Below, piece after piece: positions 24,773-36,616 of a stretch of 64,000 nucleotides of DNA (positions are counted from its first letter, which is position 1; each line of letters begins with the position of its first letter). The notes under the pieces were generated by a model. The model made no database searches, had not been told where the DNA came from, and saw nothing but the letters and a program-made list of their open reading frames with translations. The DNA is from Zancudomyces culisetae HAW-14-8 (lineage: Eukaryota > Fungi > Kickxellomycota). The stretch covers positions 62,001-126,000 of the forward strand of contig JBNJNM010000010.1 in NCBI GenBank assembly GCA_052426225.1. The letters are read 5' to 3'. The position numbers and the translations under genes were made by a program.

Positions 24773-26239
24773 AGTTTCCCTTTATTTTGTTAGTACGTGA
24801 TACCAAAAAGCACGTGTATAATCACTATAGTTCAGCAATATCTTGTAGCTATTGTCTATAAACACATCTGAGCGTTGTTGCTGTATCAAATATACCTTTG
24901 CTGAGATAGTTATTAATCTAGAAAACTGTCACAGCTCTATCAAAGGTAAGTCTATAATTGAAGTATAATCCTGACTAAAACCTATTTTCTAAAGTTTGTG
25001 TATCAAAACTAGATGTTTTAGCAGTTTATGGATACAAAATCATTGTAAGCTCAAGTGTAAAAGTAATATTTAGATAAAATGTTTGTTAACTGGAGCTTTC
25101 TACTAGAAAATCTTATTTGCAAACCAAAAAAAAAGAAAAAGTCATAATAAACGCGACCATCATCGTGCAATTCGATATATTTTACTTTTCCTCTTTCACT
25201 AATAAAAAAAACAAAATCACGTTTTACGAGTAGCGAGAGTTAAATAATTAATCATCCCCTCTCCCTCTTTTCACCTTGTTTTCTCTCTTCTCCAGCATGT
25301 TTTCAGTTCATCCATTTGTTAAAGCGGTACTGGCACTCTGAAAATTTCGCTTTTCTATTGCGTTTCGATTATTTTTATTTTACTCCCCACATGTATGTAA
25401 TATAACTTACAACCAATAACACTTAATATAGTTAATCTTAGTTTCTTTATGCACCTCTAATATTATTATATCCATTCACCAAGCTGGTACAGCGTATTCA
25501 CCTGGGCTTTACTCACATAATGTCGTTTTGCTAATCGTCTTGGGTTATAAAATACATCAGTATCGAGTTTGTTATTATTAAAATTAGAGTAAACGTGATT
25601 TGGCTGTTAACACTTATTCTTGGAGTATGGGAAAGCACAGTTTACACTAACCAAAGCGTACACACGGATGGTTGAAAGTTCCTAGATGGCGCTTTGTACT
25701 CCCTCCTGAGTACAGCTTTCTTCTTCTAACCAAAGTGGTGCTCAAAGCGCAGATAAAACATATGATGAAATGTCCTAAAAGCAGAGCAGCTTCTTGGTAG
25801 GTCAAGTACAGAATCATGCACTATTATTTTCTCTAGTTTATTATTCGTGGTGGTGCCATTGTCGTTCCTCACAGGTGTAAACCAAAGATCAAAGTTTAAC
25901 ACTACTAGATAGTCTCAAAACCTTAAAGCATTATCGATTTTGATCCATTTGGGCAAAGTTAGCCAAACAAACAAACAAACAAACAAACAGACAGAGAAAC
26001 GAAATGTAATATATTGATAATTGAAACTTTTTAAACAAAAAAAAGATCAAGGTGGACATTAAAAAACATAATATGATAGCTGAGCACCTTTGCTTTCCCC
26101 ACTCGTTTAATTTTCTTTGGTTGTGTGTAAATACCAACACTATCGAAATAATTTTGGCATTTCATGGCTTGTATTGTGGATCTATATCTATATAAAGCTT
26201 AGAGTCGCGAATTCCAATCTCCCCAACAATTTCAAGCAC

Positions 26240-26753
26240 CTATTGCATTTCCTTTCCAGTTTCGGGATCAATATATACTTTTGCGGGTCTAATTATTTCT
26301 GCAACTGCAAATGATTTCCGTTTGGACAGTTTCCTGCAATGTTCGATTCTAACTGTATCTCCCACCTTGCATTGTTCGTTTTCATCGTGTGCAAAATATG
26401 TTTTGTGGAGTTGTATTTCCTATTCGAATAACATAAAAACAGCCCTGAAATTAATGTTCTTTTGTTTTACAAGATCCAAAAAGGCAACTCCTGTAGAGAA
26501 AGCAACGATACCAACAGTAAAAATAATAGATTCAGCGAGAGCCATAAAACACACTTTAAAATTGCAATTTCAATTCCCTCAATGATCCACGTTTTATCCA
26601 ACAATTAAGATTTGATGTTATTTTACTTACCTTCCCAACTACAGGATGCGTCTTGATCTTAGGAACACGGACTCTTACAGTCTTTTGCATCGCGGTGCTA
26701 ACAACTTGGCCAATAAAGTTGTGTCTGTTTCGGAGTATCTGAGTAACGTTCAT
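26240..26753 (-). CDS. MRPS17: Mitochondrial ribosomal protein uS17m; intron 26420-26630
   Basis: RHNFIGQVVSTAMQKTVRVRV..HPVVGK|EIQLHKTYFAHDENEQCKVGDTVRIEHCRKLSKRKSFAV. Confidence 0.93.
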
Positions 26754-27005
26754 TTTTCGATTCTATTGCATTCTTTTAATTTATGAATTCTGTGTCTTGG
26801 AAAAGCACCACTATTTATGATTCGCATAAATCAGCTAAATTAGTTAAAATTGCTATTAAGAAAATGGTTATCACAGAACTCTGCATCTGCACAAAATTAT
26901 TTATTCTGATTTGCCAAAAAAAAATTTTTTTCCAGCAGAAACAAGAGCGGTAAATGGGGACTATTATGCCATTATTTCCTGGGCAACCTCAGTCGTTGTT
27001 TTTGA

Positions 27006-27068
27006 CCAGTGCCCAGTGCCCAGTGCCCGGTGAGCAGTGCCCGGTGGTCGGTACCCAGCATTCAGTGC
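27006..27068 (+). repeat. Nine degenerate copies of the heptamer CCAGTGC, flanked by an inverted repeat
   Basis: ccagtgc x3, ccggtga, gcagtgc, ccggtgg, tcggtac, ccagcat, tcagtgc. Confidence 0.8.
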
Positions 27069-27433
27069 GACTTGAGGTGTTAATGTAAGCTGTATTTTAT
27101 CATCTAATCGCTGTTATATAACTAAATAATCTTTTGGATTCTCAACTGCTTTGTATGGGGAAGGAGGTCAGTCCATCTGTATATTGTGACCATGGTGAAT
27201 GTACCTGTACTGGGGACAAACTCCCATCCAACCCGCTGACTACTAATCAAACCTTGGATAAACTCAAAACGTATAGCAATACCCATCCCAGATGTTTATA
27301 AGAAATGATATTTATGCGCTTTAATATTACGTCAGCAAAAATAGTTCGTTTCGGAAAAAAAAAGAAAAAGGATAAAACAATAATATACAAACGTTCCCAG
27401 CAAAGTTATATAATAAACTATTAATACGCACAG

Positions 27434-28647
27434 TTAATCATGCTGCTCGCTTTTGTTTCGGAGATGCTCAATTTCGGCTTCTAAAGCCGCGATTGCCAAC
27501 TTTATTTGAGCATTCTTTGTAACATAATCTGCCCACTGTGTTTCTAGCTCTGAAAGTTTGACTCCTGCTTCAATCTAGTGCATATAAATAAACATTAATG
27601 CAAGCGTGTGGTTTTTTTTAGTGGTAAATATGTTCAGGTACTATTTTTTTGACTTACTTGTTCGTACTTTCTGGCTTTATTGATATGTGTTGATTCTTCT
27701 TTTATTTTTTCGAGCTGGCTTTCGTAATACTTTAGTAGCGACTCAAGGTACTGGTTATATGACTTCCAGCTATTAGCTCCGTAGCTGTTTAATATCTCAA
27801 GGTTCGTTAGTCTAAAAATGATATTAGCACCTAGTTTTAAAGCAGCAAGTACAACTAGCTATATAACTAATAATATATGTATCTAACCACATCCTTTTCA
27901 ATAATGCAATGAAGAGAGGGGGGGGGATCTGGATAAGTATAGCTGTAAATCATTGGGATGATGATATATGCCATTCTTCTCAAAATATTAATGATCATAT
28001 AAAACTAAAAGCAAAAATATACCTAATATCTTGGTGTTCTAATTGTGCCGCTGCATTATCAGCTGCTCTTTTCCAGGCCTCTGGGTTTTCTAAATCGGCA
28101 CCACTAGGTGCTGTCAGCTTATATCTTTCAATATCAAATGGGGTCATAGGTTTTCCACTTTTGATCCGAGTATATTCTTTCCTGAGGAGCTGGTTGTTCT
28201 AAAATTCATATACGACCTGGGTTAGTATAAAAATAAAACATAGAAAGGGATTTTATCATCCGCTTGGAAATTGTACCTTAAATATAACATCGAGCTTGGG
28301 TATATTTATCTTTATATCCTGGGGCACATTTTTCATTTCCTCGGCAATCATTCTATCCACCTTTTCTTTAATCACTAAGAAAATATATTCAAACGAATGT
28401 TATAGATGGATCACTGCTAAATATTTGCATAAAATGAAGGTAAAAAAGACAGAAAATGAAAGAGTGCTATACCTGGATCATCGTATTCTTTATCGATATC
28501 TATAAATATAAATTCGCACAATAAGCGTTATGGTGAACCAATTTAATACATATGTGGAGAGTAGAACTGTAATATATTGTTTTTGGGATGGGGAGACGAG
28601 GGAGAGGGTATCTTACAGGGTAAAGAGTCAATACAAGCCGTGTCCAT
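27434..28647 (-). CDS. SPF27: Pre-mRNA splicing factor SPF27/BCAS2 (Prp19 complex), 6 exons
   Basis: IDSLP|YIDKEYDDP..MIAEEM..FDIERYKL..WKRAADNAAAQLEHQ..RLTNLEILNSYGANSW..INKARKYEQ..KLSELETQW. Confidence 0.93.
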
Positions 28648-29769
28648 TTCTCAGATTATTTCGTATATTTGTATATAAATACTCTTTCTGATTATTTGTA
28701 GGGATTTTTCTCTTGACTTGATACGCTTTTCTTCGGCAATTCGGAATATATATTGTTTCGAGAAAGAAAAATATCGAGTTAAATACTTTTTTTACACTAG
28801 TTTTATGCCCAAGAAAATCAGAAAACGCCAAAAAATTGTGGCTAAACTGTTTAACCCCAATCAGAAATATATGGCAAATATTTGAAATAAGACATATATT
28901 AGCCATTTTCACAGCTTAGAACAAAGCTGGGAGAGAACCTGGTGACTTTGCTCGGATTAAGCATTTATCTTTGCAAGTTTTTTGCAATAAGCGACCCTAT
29001 TTTAGTTAAAACCACATGGCATATATAGCACATCAGCCATCTAGCATTTGCTTAGCTCTGGCTTTGTCTTTGCCCTAAAATAACATAAAATACTTATAAA
29101 TATACTCCAGATCGTTGTCACTGCGTCTTCTCTAAGTTGAAAGCTCTCGCTATTCTACTCACAAAGTATACAGTGTGAGTCAAGGATGTATCAAAAAGAT
29201 CCTAGAAAAACATGTATTTTGGAGGGGGCCTCAGGTTAAAAGTAGGAAACACCACTAAACATCTGTTACTTTAAAGTATTTATTTTACTCGAAGCAAGTT
29301 TCGAATATACGATGTAAGGAGCTAGCAGCTAACATTTTGAAAATTCAAACAAACTCGCAGTATTAATCACGCTCTAGAAATTTAGCTTCCACAACCAAAT
29401 AGTAAGAGATCATCCATGAATAATAATCTTAGTCTAACAGGGCCTGGGTACCATATCATACCATACCATACCATACTATGTCGATTACCATCATACACAT
29501 ATGTGCATATATCTATCACATCTATCCGCCCCCACCCTTTTGATAAAAACGATCTTGGGATAAAAAACTGGTGTCTATGAACGGTATCTAGTGCTGCTGA
29601 TAAAGTTTTCGCTCCAATATTGTAAATTGGATAGATTTGATGCGCCAAGCACATACAAACAAGAAGAAAACGATTTATTGAAAATAAAAGAGAAGAGAAA
29701 GAGTCTATTCAAGTGAAATTTTCAAGAGACCTCAAACTCCGTTCAAGATGCATGTAAAGACTCTTCGAT

Positions 29770-30030
29770 TTAGTGAGCTTCGGCGTGCCCAGCTTTGCTG
29801 TGCAAGTATGCGGATCGTTTCTTTCCGTATGAATAGACACTAATCAAAAGGATTAGTGATGGAACAACGTAAGGAAGTTGTCGTGCTGTACGTCTAACGA
29901 CATTGGCTGGTCCATTCTTAAGTACACCCTTCATTGGTTTCAATTCAAATGGTGACAAAGTGTAGGTAATAAATCCCTTTTCCTTTGGGCCACCCATTCG
30001 TCCCCACCATCCTGAATATCCTCCTGCCAT
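29770..30030 (-). CDS. QCR8: Cytochrome bc1 complex subunit 8 (probable 5'-UTR intron ~30048-30176)
   Basis: YSGWWGRMGGPKEKGFITYTLSPFELKPM..RRTARQLPYVVP..YLHSKAG. Confidence 0.95.
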   Translation of the reverse strand: MAGGYSGWWGRMGGPKEKGFITYTLSPFELKPMKGVLKNGPANVVRRTARQLPYVVPSLILLISVYSYGKKRSAYLHSKAGHAEAH

Positions 30031-30594
30031 TTTTTTTCTTTTTTTCTCTAGATTTTCAGAGATTTGATTTCAGTTAGTACGATTAAAGAATTAAAAAGAG
30101 AAAAACTAAGAATGAAGTGACAACTTGGATAAAAATAAATAGAGAATAGTAAATATTTTGTTTAGTACGCACTTACCTTTATTTATGTGATTTCGTAGAG
30201 AGAATCAAATTGCTTAGCAACACTAAATAAAATGTTATATTAAATAGTAAAACAATTTCTTATCTATAGCTGTCCTTTCTTTAGCCCAATTTTTTTTTAT
30301 AGTGCAGCTGCGAGTCAGAGCAGTCTCGAATGATTGCGGGTGCCGTAATTTTTTTATTTAAAATTTTTTTGGAGATAACAAGCAATGCGATTGGAAGATT
30401 GCTGCTAAACGCATTTCCAAGTTTTGTAAACATTGTTGCTACTGATATTATTTTTTTTCTTTTGGTGGTCTACAAACCAGATTGTATTACCATATAAATT
30501 GCCAAACATAAAGTGAATCAAAATTCGTGCCATATTTTCCATCCAATAGCTGTATTAAATTTTCAACTTTATCACCATAAGTCATCTACAAATG

Positions 30595-31185
30595 TACTTT
30601 GAGCCAGTTGGTAAACGAGCAATAAATAGGCACGCTTTTGCAATATTGACTGCTCTATAAACCAGTCAGGTTTCTGGTGGACTACACTGCAGCTGGCCCA
30701 TTCTCCGTCCCCCAGTAGTGGCATTTGTGTGCCCTGTTTTGGGTCGTGTTTGGCGCCTAACCTCTGAAAAGAAAGGAGGGATTTTTTGAGGTGTTGTTTA
30801 CTAGAAACTAGGCGTGCTTCTTTGCAGTTTTTGCGGGAGGGTGGCCGAAATCCTGGGGGTTCAAGAGGAATTGTGTTTGGCACTTGTGTCTTATGCGTTC
30901 TTCGGAGCCGCCTTTTTGATTCAGGACTGGGAGAAAAACTTATTTAAAGTACTTCCTCCTTTAATCACGGATACAGAAATATGCGATTCTGTTCTCCGTT
31001 TCATGTCGAGGATACAAGCACCCATTACTTTATGTGGAATTATATTTATCTTATGTCTGTATACAAAATGAAAACTCTGAAACAGAGTGTACTAAATGAG
31101 CCTACAAGGAGCCATGTGGGATGCAAACTCAGAGGTGATCCACACTTCAGCATCAAAATGTATTAAAAGTAGGTGCCACTCTTCT
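30595..31185 (+). ncRNA. Candidate structured non-coding RNA, family unidentified
   Basis: GC-elevated intergenic segment with no credible ORF and many nested stems containing G-U pairs on the + strand (see findings). Confidence 0.35.
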
Positions 31186-31247
31186 CACTGCACCCTATCT
31201 CAAATAAAATAAAACAAAACACCATGTATCCACGCGATACTTTCCGA

Positions 31248-32437
31248 TTATTTTTTTGCTGAGCCTGCAGACAACTGAGCAAGCGTCGAGGAGAAATCAA
31301 ATGACGGTCCCTGTGCACTGGAAAGCATCTTGTTACTCTGTGCGAGCTCTTCGGGGTCTAGAAAAACCATCAATATTATTACTTTGTGCCATGAGGTTGC
31401 AAAGTACAAAGAAAATATAAAAAGTCTCTGAAACAAATGTGAAAAATGACTTATATAATAAAGGTAACTTACCTAATGAATCTTGTAATTTAGGAATTAT
31501 AAATACAAAGAACAGTGACACTCCAACCATAAGCATATATGGATTCTTCAATATATTGATAATATTAAATGACTCTCGTTTCTAATTGTCAGTAGAAATA
31601 GGTGAATATCGACTGCAACTAAGTATAAACATCCAGGATACTTACCATAATAACTTCCCGTCTTTCTATGGGTGAGATGACAAAAGGAAAGGGTAATGGT
31701 GTATCATTAGTATTACACTCAAAACCCGGAACGTAGTACCAGGCTGAAATCACAGCCTTACCCTCAACCCTCTCAATGTTAAGCAAAAGTTTAGGAAAAG
31801 TGTACTCCACAGCTTGAACCTCGATGGTATGATATCCCAGCCCAACATCGTTTCTATTCAGTTATCAAATATAGTTAAAAAATTAAAACCCCAATTACCA
31901 GCAGTGCTAGATCTAGCTAGATAGTTTGGTAATTTTTTCGCAGTTTACATTACAAATCCACCATCTTCGCGCACAATTCCCGTCTTTTTGCCACTATCCA
32001 GTGTTACCCTTGTACCAATTGAAAGCTCATCCAAATCTATAGTTTAAAAATGCAAATATTTAAACATGTTTTTTGATAAAAATCAAAAACAGTATAATTT
32101 CAAACTGGGAATTCAATAAAGTTACTGGTGCCTGAATTCGGAAAAAATACATTATAAACGTTTTTTTTTAAAAAATCGTATTCTCATAAAAGCTTTTGTA
32201 GGATCGTTCCAACACCAGTAATACTTATATTTCTTTGACAATATTCTTTGCTTACTTTTTAAAACGTCATTAGTAGCTATTTGTCCTCGGATTTTGAATA
32301 GATCCTTTTGTTCGCCAAATACAGCCAGCAGGAATACGCTATGAAAATAATGACCTCAAATTAGATCAAATGATTAAGCTGTAGACACGAGAATATTACC
32401 TGTAAAAGATCGCTGAGAGCAGAATTCTTGGGTACAT
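31248..32437 (-). CDS. EMC7: ER membrane protein complex subunit 7, 6 exons
   Basis: Signal peptide; GIVREDGGFVI..YHTIEV..YTFP; RESFNIINILKNPYMLMVGVSLFFVFIIPKL..DPEEL. Confidence 0.9.
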
Positions 32438-32865
32438 TTTGTTTATTTACAAACTTTGAAAGGTTTGGATATATCTTTTTAAAAAAGCGCTATATAAAAA
32501 TAAATTGCATTAGAAAGCAGACACAAAACATGTTGAGTTTATAAAATTGAATATTCTTTTAGCCCCAATGAAATAGCAGATTTATAAATCTTACTACTTT
32601 TTGCTTTCCAACCAGGCTTATTAGCTGGTTCCCTTTTTTTTTGTAGGTGAATTTAAATAAATATCACATAAAACTGGAAAGTTAGCTGGTTCTCACAAAA
32701 AAAAATTTTCGAGAAAATAGATGTCATTGCTGGAGCATCCCAACTCAAAAAAAAAAGTCAAAATTTTTTTTAATTTCCATAAAATGACTTCTAGCTTCAT
32801 AGTACATTCAAACACGCTGACAAGAGTTAACATTCAGCATTGATCTTTGACAAACATTGTTCGTC

Positions 32866-33783
32866 ATGGACCTGGCTAGCTTACCTACGATAATACTGGA
32901 CTCAGTATTTACTTACTGTGATCTAGAAACGATGCTTCAACTTTCTCGCACGTGTAGGTTTTTCAATTTCTACTTTGCCAATGTGGCTCCGCTCAATGAA
33001 CTTAATTTAAAAAAATATTCGGAATCGATAGAGGATCCCCATTTGGAGAATTTATTATCGAAGGTCGGAAACAGGGTTAAAAAATTAAACATCTCAAACA
33101 ACAAAAGGCTTACACTAAAAACCTTCGAAACTATTACAAGAACCTGCACAAACTTGACAAATCTGGAGGCCGTAGGTTGTGAGCTTTTATTTAAAGAGAT
33201 ACCAGACTGCAATGATGCTCATTCATCGGAGGATTCGTCGAGAAAGAATATTGATCAATATAGACTCTACAATCTCAAATACCTAGATTTATCAAAATGC
33301 ATTACCATGAATGAAGACACAATTGAAATGGTCACAACCTGTTTTCCAAATTTAGTAAACCTCAGGCTTAATTTTTGTTCTAACTTGAGTTCAGCTAACT
33401 CTCTAGGAAAACTGAAGAATCTGGAGAACCTGGAAATTGAGAAATGCGATCTAAACCCTACTGTAATTCCCAGCCTAGCCTTTGGCTGTGAAAAACTGAA
33501 AAGACTTATTGCGCCAAACTGCTACAAATTCGACGATGAATCATTAAACGTGATTTCTAACAACTTTCCGCAGTTAGAATATCTAAATCTTAGCTATTGC
33601 ATTTTGATTACCACACCTGGGGTTTTAGCTCTGTCATCAAGCAAAAGTTTGAAATATTTGTACATTAGAAATTGCAGACAAGTAAATCCTAGGGCTTTAG
33701 ATCATTTATCCAATACAATTCCATTGGTACAAGCCTTGGCTCCTATGGGAAACTGGAGGTTTTGGCCTCAAAATGCAAAATAA
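32866..33783 (+). CDS. F-box / leucine-rich repeat (FBXL-type) protein
   Basis: MDLASLPTIILDSVFTYCDLETMLQLSRTCRFF F-box, followed by cysteine-containing LRRs (LKYLDLSKC, LEYLNLSYC). Confidence 0.9.
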   Translation: MDLASLPTIILDSVFTYCDLETMLQLSRTCRFFNFYFANVAPLNELNLKKYSESIEDPHLENLLSKVGNRVKKLNISNNKRLTLKTFETITRTCTNLTNLEAVGCELLFKEIPDCNDAHSSEDSSRKNIDQYRLYNLKYLDLSKCITMNEDTIEMVTTCFPNLVNLRLNFCSNLSSANSLGKLKNLENLEIEKCDLNPTVIPSLAFGCEKLKRLIAPNCYKFDDESLNVISNNFPQLEYLNLSYCILITTPGVLALSSSKSLKYLYIRNCRQVNPRALDHLSNTIPLVQALAPMGNWRFWPQNAK

Positions 33784-36616
33784 CATTCGATCATTTTTCT
33801 TTTTGGCCCATGAACTTAATTAGATAATACGAGGATGGTGTCAAAGCACAGATCGTGAGTATTATGATATACTGAGAGGTCCTACTTTATATATTCTAGA
33901 TGAACTGCCTTTTTATAAATAGGTAACTTCTAATACAGGCTTTCCATGATAAGCTTGTTGACATTTTTTTCGGTGGTACTAAAGCATTGTTAGAAGCAAT
34001 AAAAACTTCAACTTTCCATCATCTTTTACATTTTGGTTTTTTTGTACTTAACCCTGCTTATATCCAGGTAATTTTTGTAAAGGTACTTTAACATAACCTA
34101 CTTGTAAGGAATCAGAAACAAGATTAAGTGGACACAAAAGGTCTGATATATAAAATCACAGCTCCAACAAGCCTCATCGTATTTCGGTTTAGCTATGAAC
34201 CTTGCGCTTAATTCGAAATGTTTATTTTCGTTAAAGATGCACAGCATAACTCTTCATGCATCTGTCTTATTAAATTGAGCACTCAAAAAAAATAAAATTA
34301 AACACGCTGCAAATTTCATTCCAATTATAGATATTCACATGTTTCACTACCATTCACTTTTGATACACACATCACGTTGATCTATTAGCGTCCACAGTTC
34401 AACCCTTGCAATATTACCAAAACGAACCAACCTTTTTTGTTAGAAAGAAAAGAAATGCCTATATACGTGTGGTAAGTCTACTAATCATCCCATCTTCTTT
34501 CTTAAATTTAATACAAACTCCACCCACCAAATTGTATCTTTGTATACCTTACTAAAGGCTGATGAAGGTATCATTATTATTGCTTGAACCATATAGCTTT
34601 AAACTTATCATATTTACCCAACGGTGTGTGTATCATTTTACATCCTAACTAGCCCAAATTGGCTTATTTTTCATGCGGAATTAGGCAAAATAGTTAAAAC
34701 AACCAACTCAACCAAAAATGAAGTGTTTGAGTCTCCTAGGCTTGTTCCTATCACATGTGTTTTTGTTGAGCCACTACTCACTGTTTTGTTACAAAGAATT
34801 AATATAATTAAAGTAAAAATAAAGTAGTAGAGGGGAAGAGCATCAGTCCTTTTCCTGATTAGTTTGTATGACCCAACTTTTTATTCTGTTGACACTCTCA
34901 CAAGTTCAAACTATGAATTACACAAAAATTAGTGTCATATCAACGACGTCAATCTACAAGCACGTTTTGTTGACTATAAGCACTATAAAGTTAACTAACC
35001 ATGTCATTATTTCAAAAGTTATATAATTTAGCCTAAAAGTATTCATGGCTGATCAAGAGTGTAGCAGCTGAAATGCGTACGTTTCCTGTAAAAAATGGTG
35101 ATGTACAATATTTTACCAAAATAGCTTTGATTGCCTATCAGCTTTGGGGAAATCCCCTTTAAGTTTTTTTGGAAAGAACGTGTGAGCACAGTTAAGGATG
35201 GCTAGTACTCACACCGGAACTTCGGGATAGTGTGTTGGAATGTTTGTTCTGGTGTATGTAAAGACTCTTTTTTGTTCTATGCTGCCAAAAAGGACGAGAA
35301 TATAGTGATGAATTTATCCATTATGTCGGATGATTTTCTTGATTGGGATAGTGTTTGTCGGGGTGCTTATAAACCACTTTTCTTGTTTTTGGCGTTCGAG
35401 ATGCGGATAAATGTCATTCCATGGCACTTTAAGCTCGCGGCATTCCTATTAAAGGTAGTGTCATGTGTATAAGGGTAATTTATGGTACCGAATACAGCAC
35501 ATGTTTGCTAAAATTGTACATTTTAACTGTCGGGAAAAAAAATACATGTTATAACCTGCTTTCCATAACAAAATCATACTCAATGGCTGATGACAGCCAG
35601 TCGTGTGGTATAGCTGTTGAGGGATTTTCCTGCGTTTTTTTATTTCCCATGTTCATGTTCATGTTTCTTTTTTTTTTCTCGCCCAGAGTGTTTTTTTCAT
35701 AATTTACCGAGCTTTCTTGTTTATGTGTACCCTTATAAATTAAAGCAGAATTACTCTTTTAAGTAAAACAGAAAAAAAGGGAAACCATAAGAGAATTGTT
35801 ATTTAATGCACAATTAAAAATATGCATTGGTGTGTATGGAAAGGTAGTGAGCAGATGATGAGAGGGGGCAGAAAAGAAAAAGGGAGATGGTGATTGTGCC
35901 AATAGTAAAAATAAGAATTCCCAACTTTTGGTGTTTCAAAATCTTTTGGGTATCTTGATGCGCGTACCACAAAAAAATACCTACTTAACCTGTAGTAGCA
36001 GGCTATGTTCTATTAGAAAAAAGAGCTTAAACGTCTTATGAGTTGATGCATGGGGAATCGTAGTAGAATTTGCTTCCCCGATTTGGAAGGATAATGTATA
36101 CTTTATCGCGACACCCTTTCTATCGCAAAGCCTGTGAATTATGTGTAAAGCGTCCTAAAGTGTATACATTTCAGGTTTTATTAATTTTTTTTTTGGCTAT
36201 ATTAAACACGTCAAGCTCCATCAAGTTCCTCAACAGATCTACCTCAAGGATAATAGCAAAAACAATTAAACTTTCAAGAGTAGTTAACAGAAATATTGAC
36301 CGAAATCATTCCTGTTATATTAAAAGCACAAACAGCTATCATATAGTACATAGAGCATATTATTAAAAAGTATTTAGTTACTTCAGTACTGAGCAGAACC
36401 ATATAAATAGAATCTGTTGGTGAGTACTTGTATTCCCTATTTTGGTGGCAAAAGGTGTTTTAGCAATTAAACTATGAATACTTTAAACAAATTAAATTTC
36501 AAGTGGAAAAAGTTTTACACAATATAGGTATCCAACACACAGTATAATCATTCCGATTCACAACAAGGAGCTTCAAACAAATATAACAGGACTGTGAAAA
36601 GTAGCTGAAAGCAAAC

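Noticed and set aside
27006-27068. CRISPR-like array
   Set aside because: Contiguous 7-mers without spacers, in a eukaryotic genome.
27156-27245. RNase P P4-like pairing GGUCAGU/GCUGACU
   Set aside because: The ~70-nt spacing leaves no room for the specificity domain, and the consensus match is poor.
30572-31166. Short ORFs of 61-103 aa between QCR8 and EMC7
   Set aside because: Mostly non-ATG starts, mutually overlapping and without recognisable motifs.
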